A stretch of DNA of 63,652 nucleotides, filler included, from Octopus bimaculoides (lineage: Eukaryota), in the NCBI RefSeq assembly GCF_001194135.2. It is 6 parts of 6 records of this genome, joined end to end, with 100 filler letters (N's around TTAATTAATTAA, not from the genome) between each part and the next. Parts side by side here need not be neighbours in the genome. Positions count along the whole stretch, not along the records: positions 61,760 to 63,652 come from NC_068996.1; 5 more parts are not named here. One strand, given 5' to 3'. The position numbers were made by a program, and so were the translations under genes. Shown here one piece after another: positions 63,319-63,652 of the stretch. Under the pieces are notes generated by a model that worked only from the letters and a program-made list of their open reading frames with translations, was not told the origin of the DNA and ran no database searches. Every line of letters starts with the position of its first letter. Position 1 is the stretch's first letter.

Positions 63319-63652
63319 TACTAGCAAAAACACCCGGCGTTGCCCGGGTTAAAGAGAATAATGAAATCTAAAAACGCCGTCTAGACTACGCAACCCTCAA
63401 CTGTTAGTAGCTACGATACCATATTTCTACATTAATAACTCTCCAATCCACGCCAGCATGGAACATAGATATTAAGTGGAATGCTAGAAGAAAGTTTTCA
63501 ACTCATATCTATATAAAGTAAATACACGTAATTCAGAAACACGTTTTGTGTATTTTATTTCGTAACCAAACAAACAGGTACAGATTATAAATAATGAAAG
63601 GCCAATTTTGGTGATTCATTTGACAGAGGTAGTAGAGAGACAATGCGATGAT
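63319..63652 (+). mobile_element. 5' part of a probable Helentron/HINE-like element
   Basis: Starts TACTAGCA followed by the hairpin CCCGG-CGTTGC-CCGGG (63333-63348), the start pattern of many non-autonomous rolling-circle elements. A decayed copy of this start is at 36011-36040. The 3' end is not established. Confidence 0.5.

Overview
This is eukaryotic, repeat-dense, gap-riddled draft scaffold DNA. It is probably from an octopus; I infer this from the repeat families I recognise and have not verified it. Most of the window is microsatellites (CA, TA, TATC, TACA, ATT, GGT), dozens of tRNA-headed SINE copies in about five families, and decayed LINEs (RTE, Tx1/L1, R4/Dong-like, CR1-group) and DNA transposons (Tc1/mariner, Helitron/Helentron, MITEs). 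I can support only one host coding segment: a plus-strand exon (ATG 17786, donor after 18098) encoding the N-terminus and TM1 of an SLC12A9-like cation-chloride cotransporter-family protein. No later exon of it is recognisable in the window. The most notable structures are: (i) a GG-terminated element with long terminal inverted repeats (TIRs), an 8-bp target-site duplication (TSD) and an internal telomeric array (2884-4035), with a sibling end at 1-312; (ii) a 490-bp palindrome of two head-to-head tRNA-headed units, each ending in a minimal Penelope-type hammerhead-ribozyme motif (19882-20371), plus another hammerhead motif at 35255-35294; (iii) several long foldbacks (20876-21368, 55896-57205, 63109-63318). 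Almost all supplied ORFs are microsatellite or N-gap artefacts, and the TTAATTAATTAA strings inside gaps are assembly padding. There is no rRNA, true tRNA gene or CRISPR array. All family assignments come from motif recognition by eye, not from database searches.
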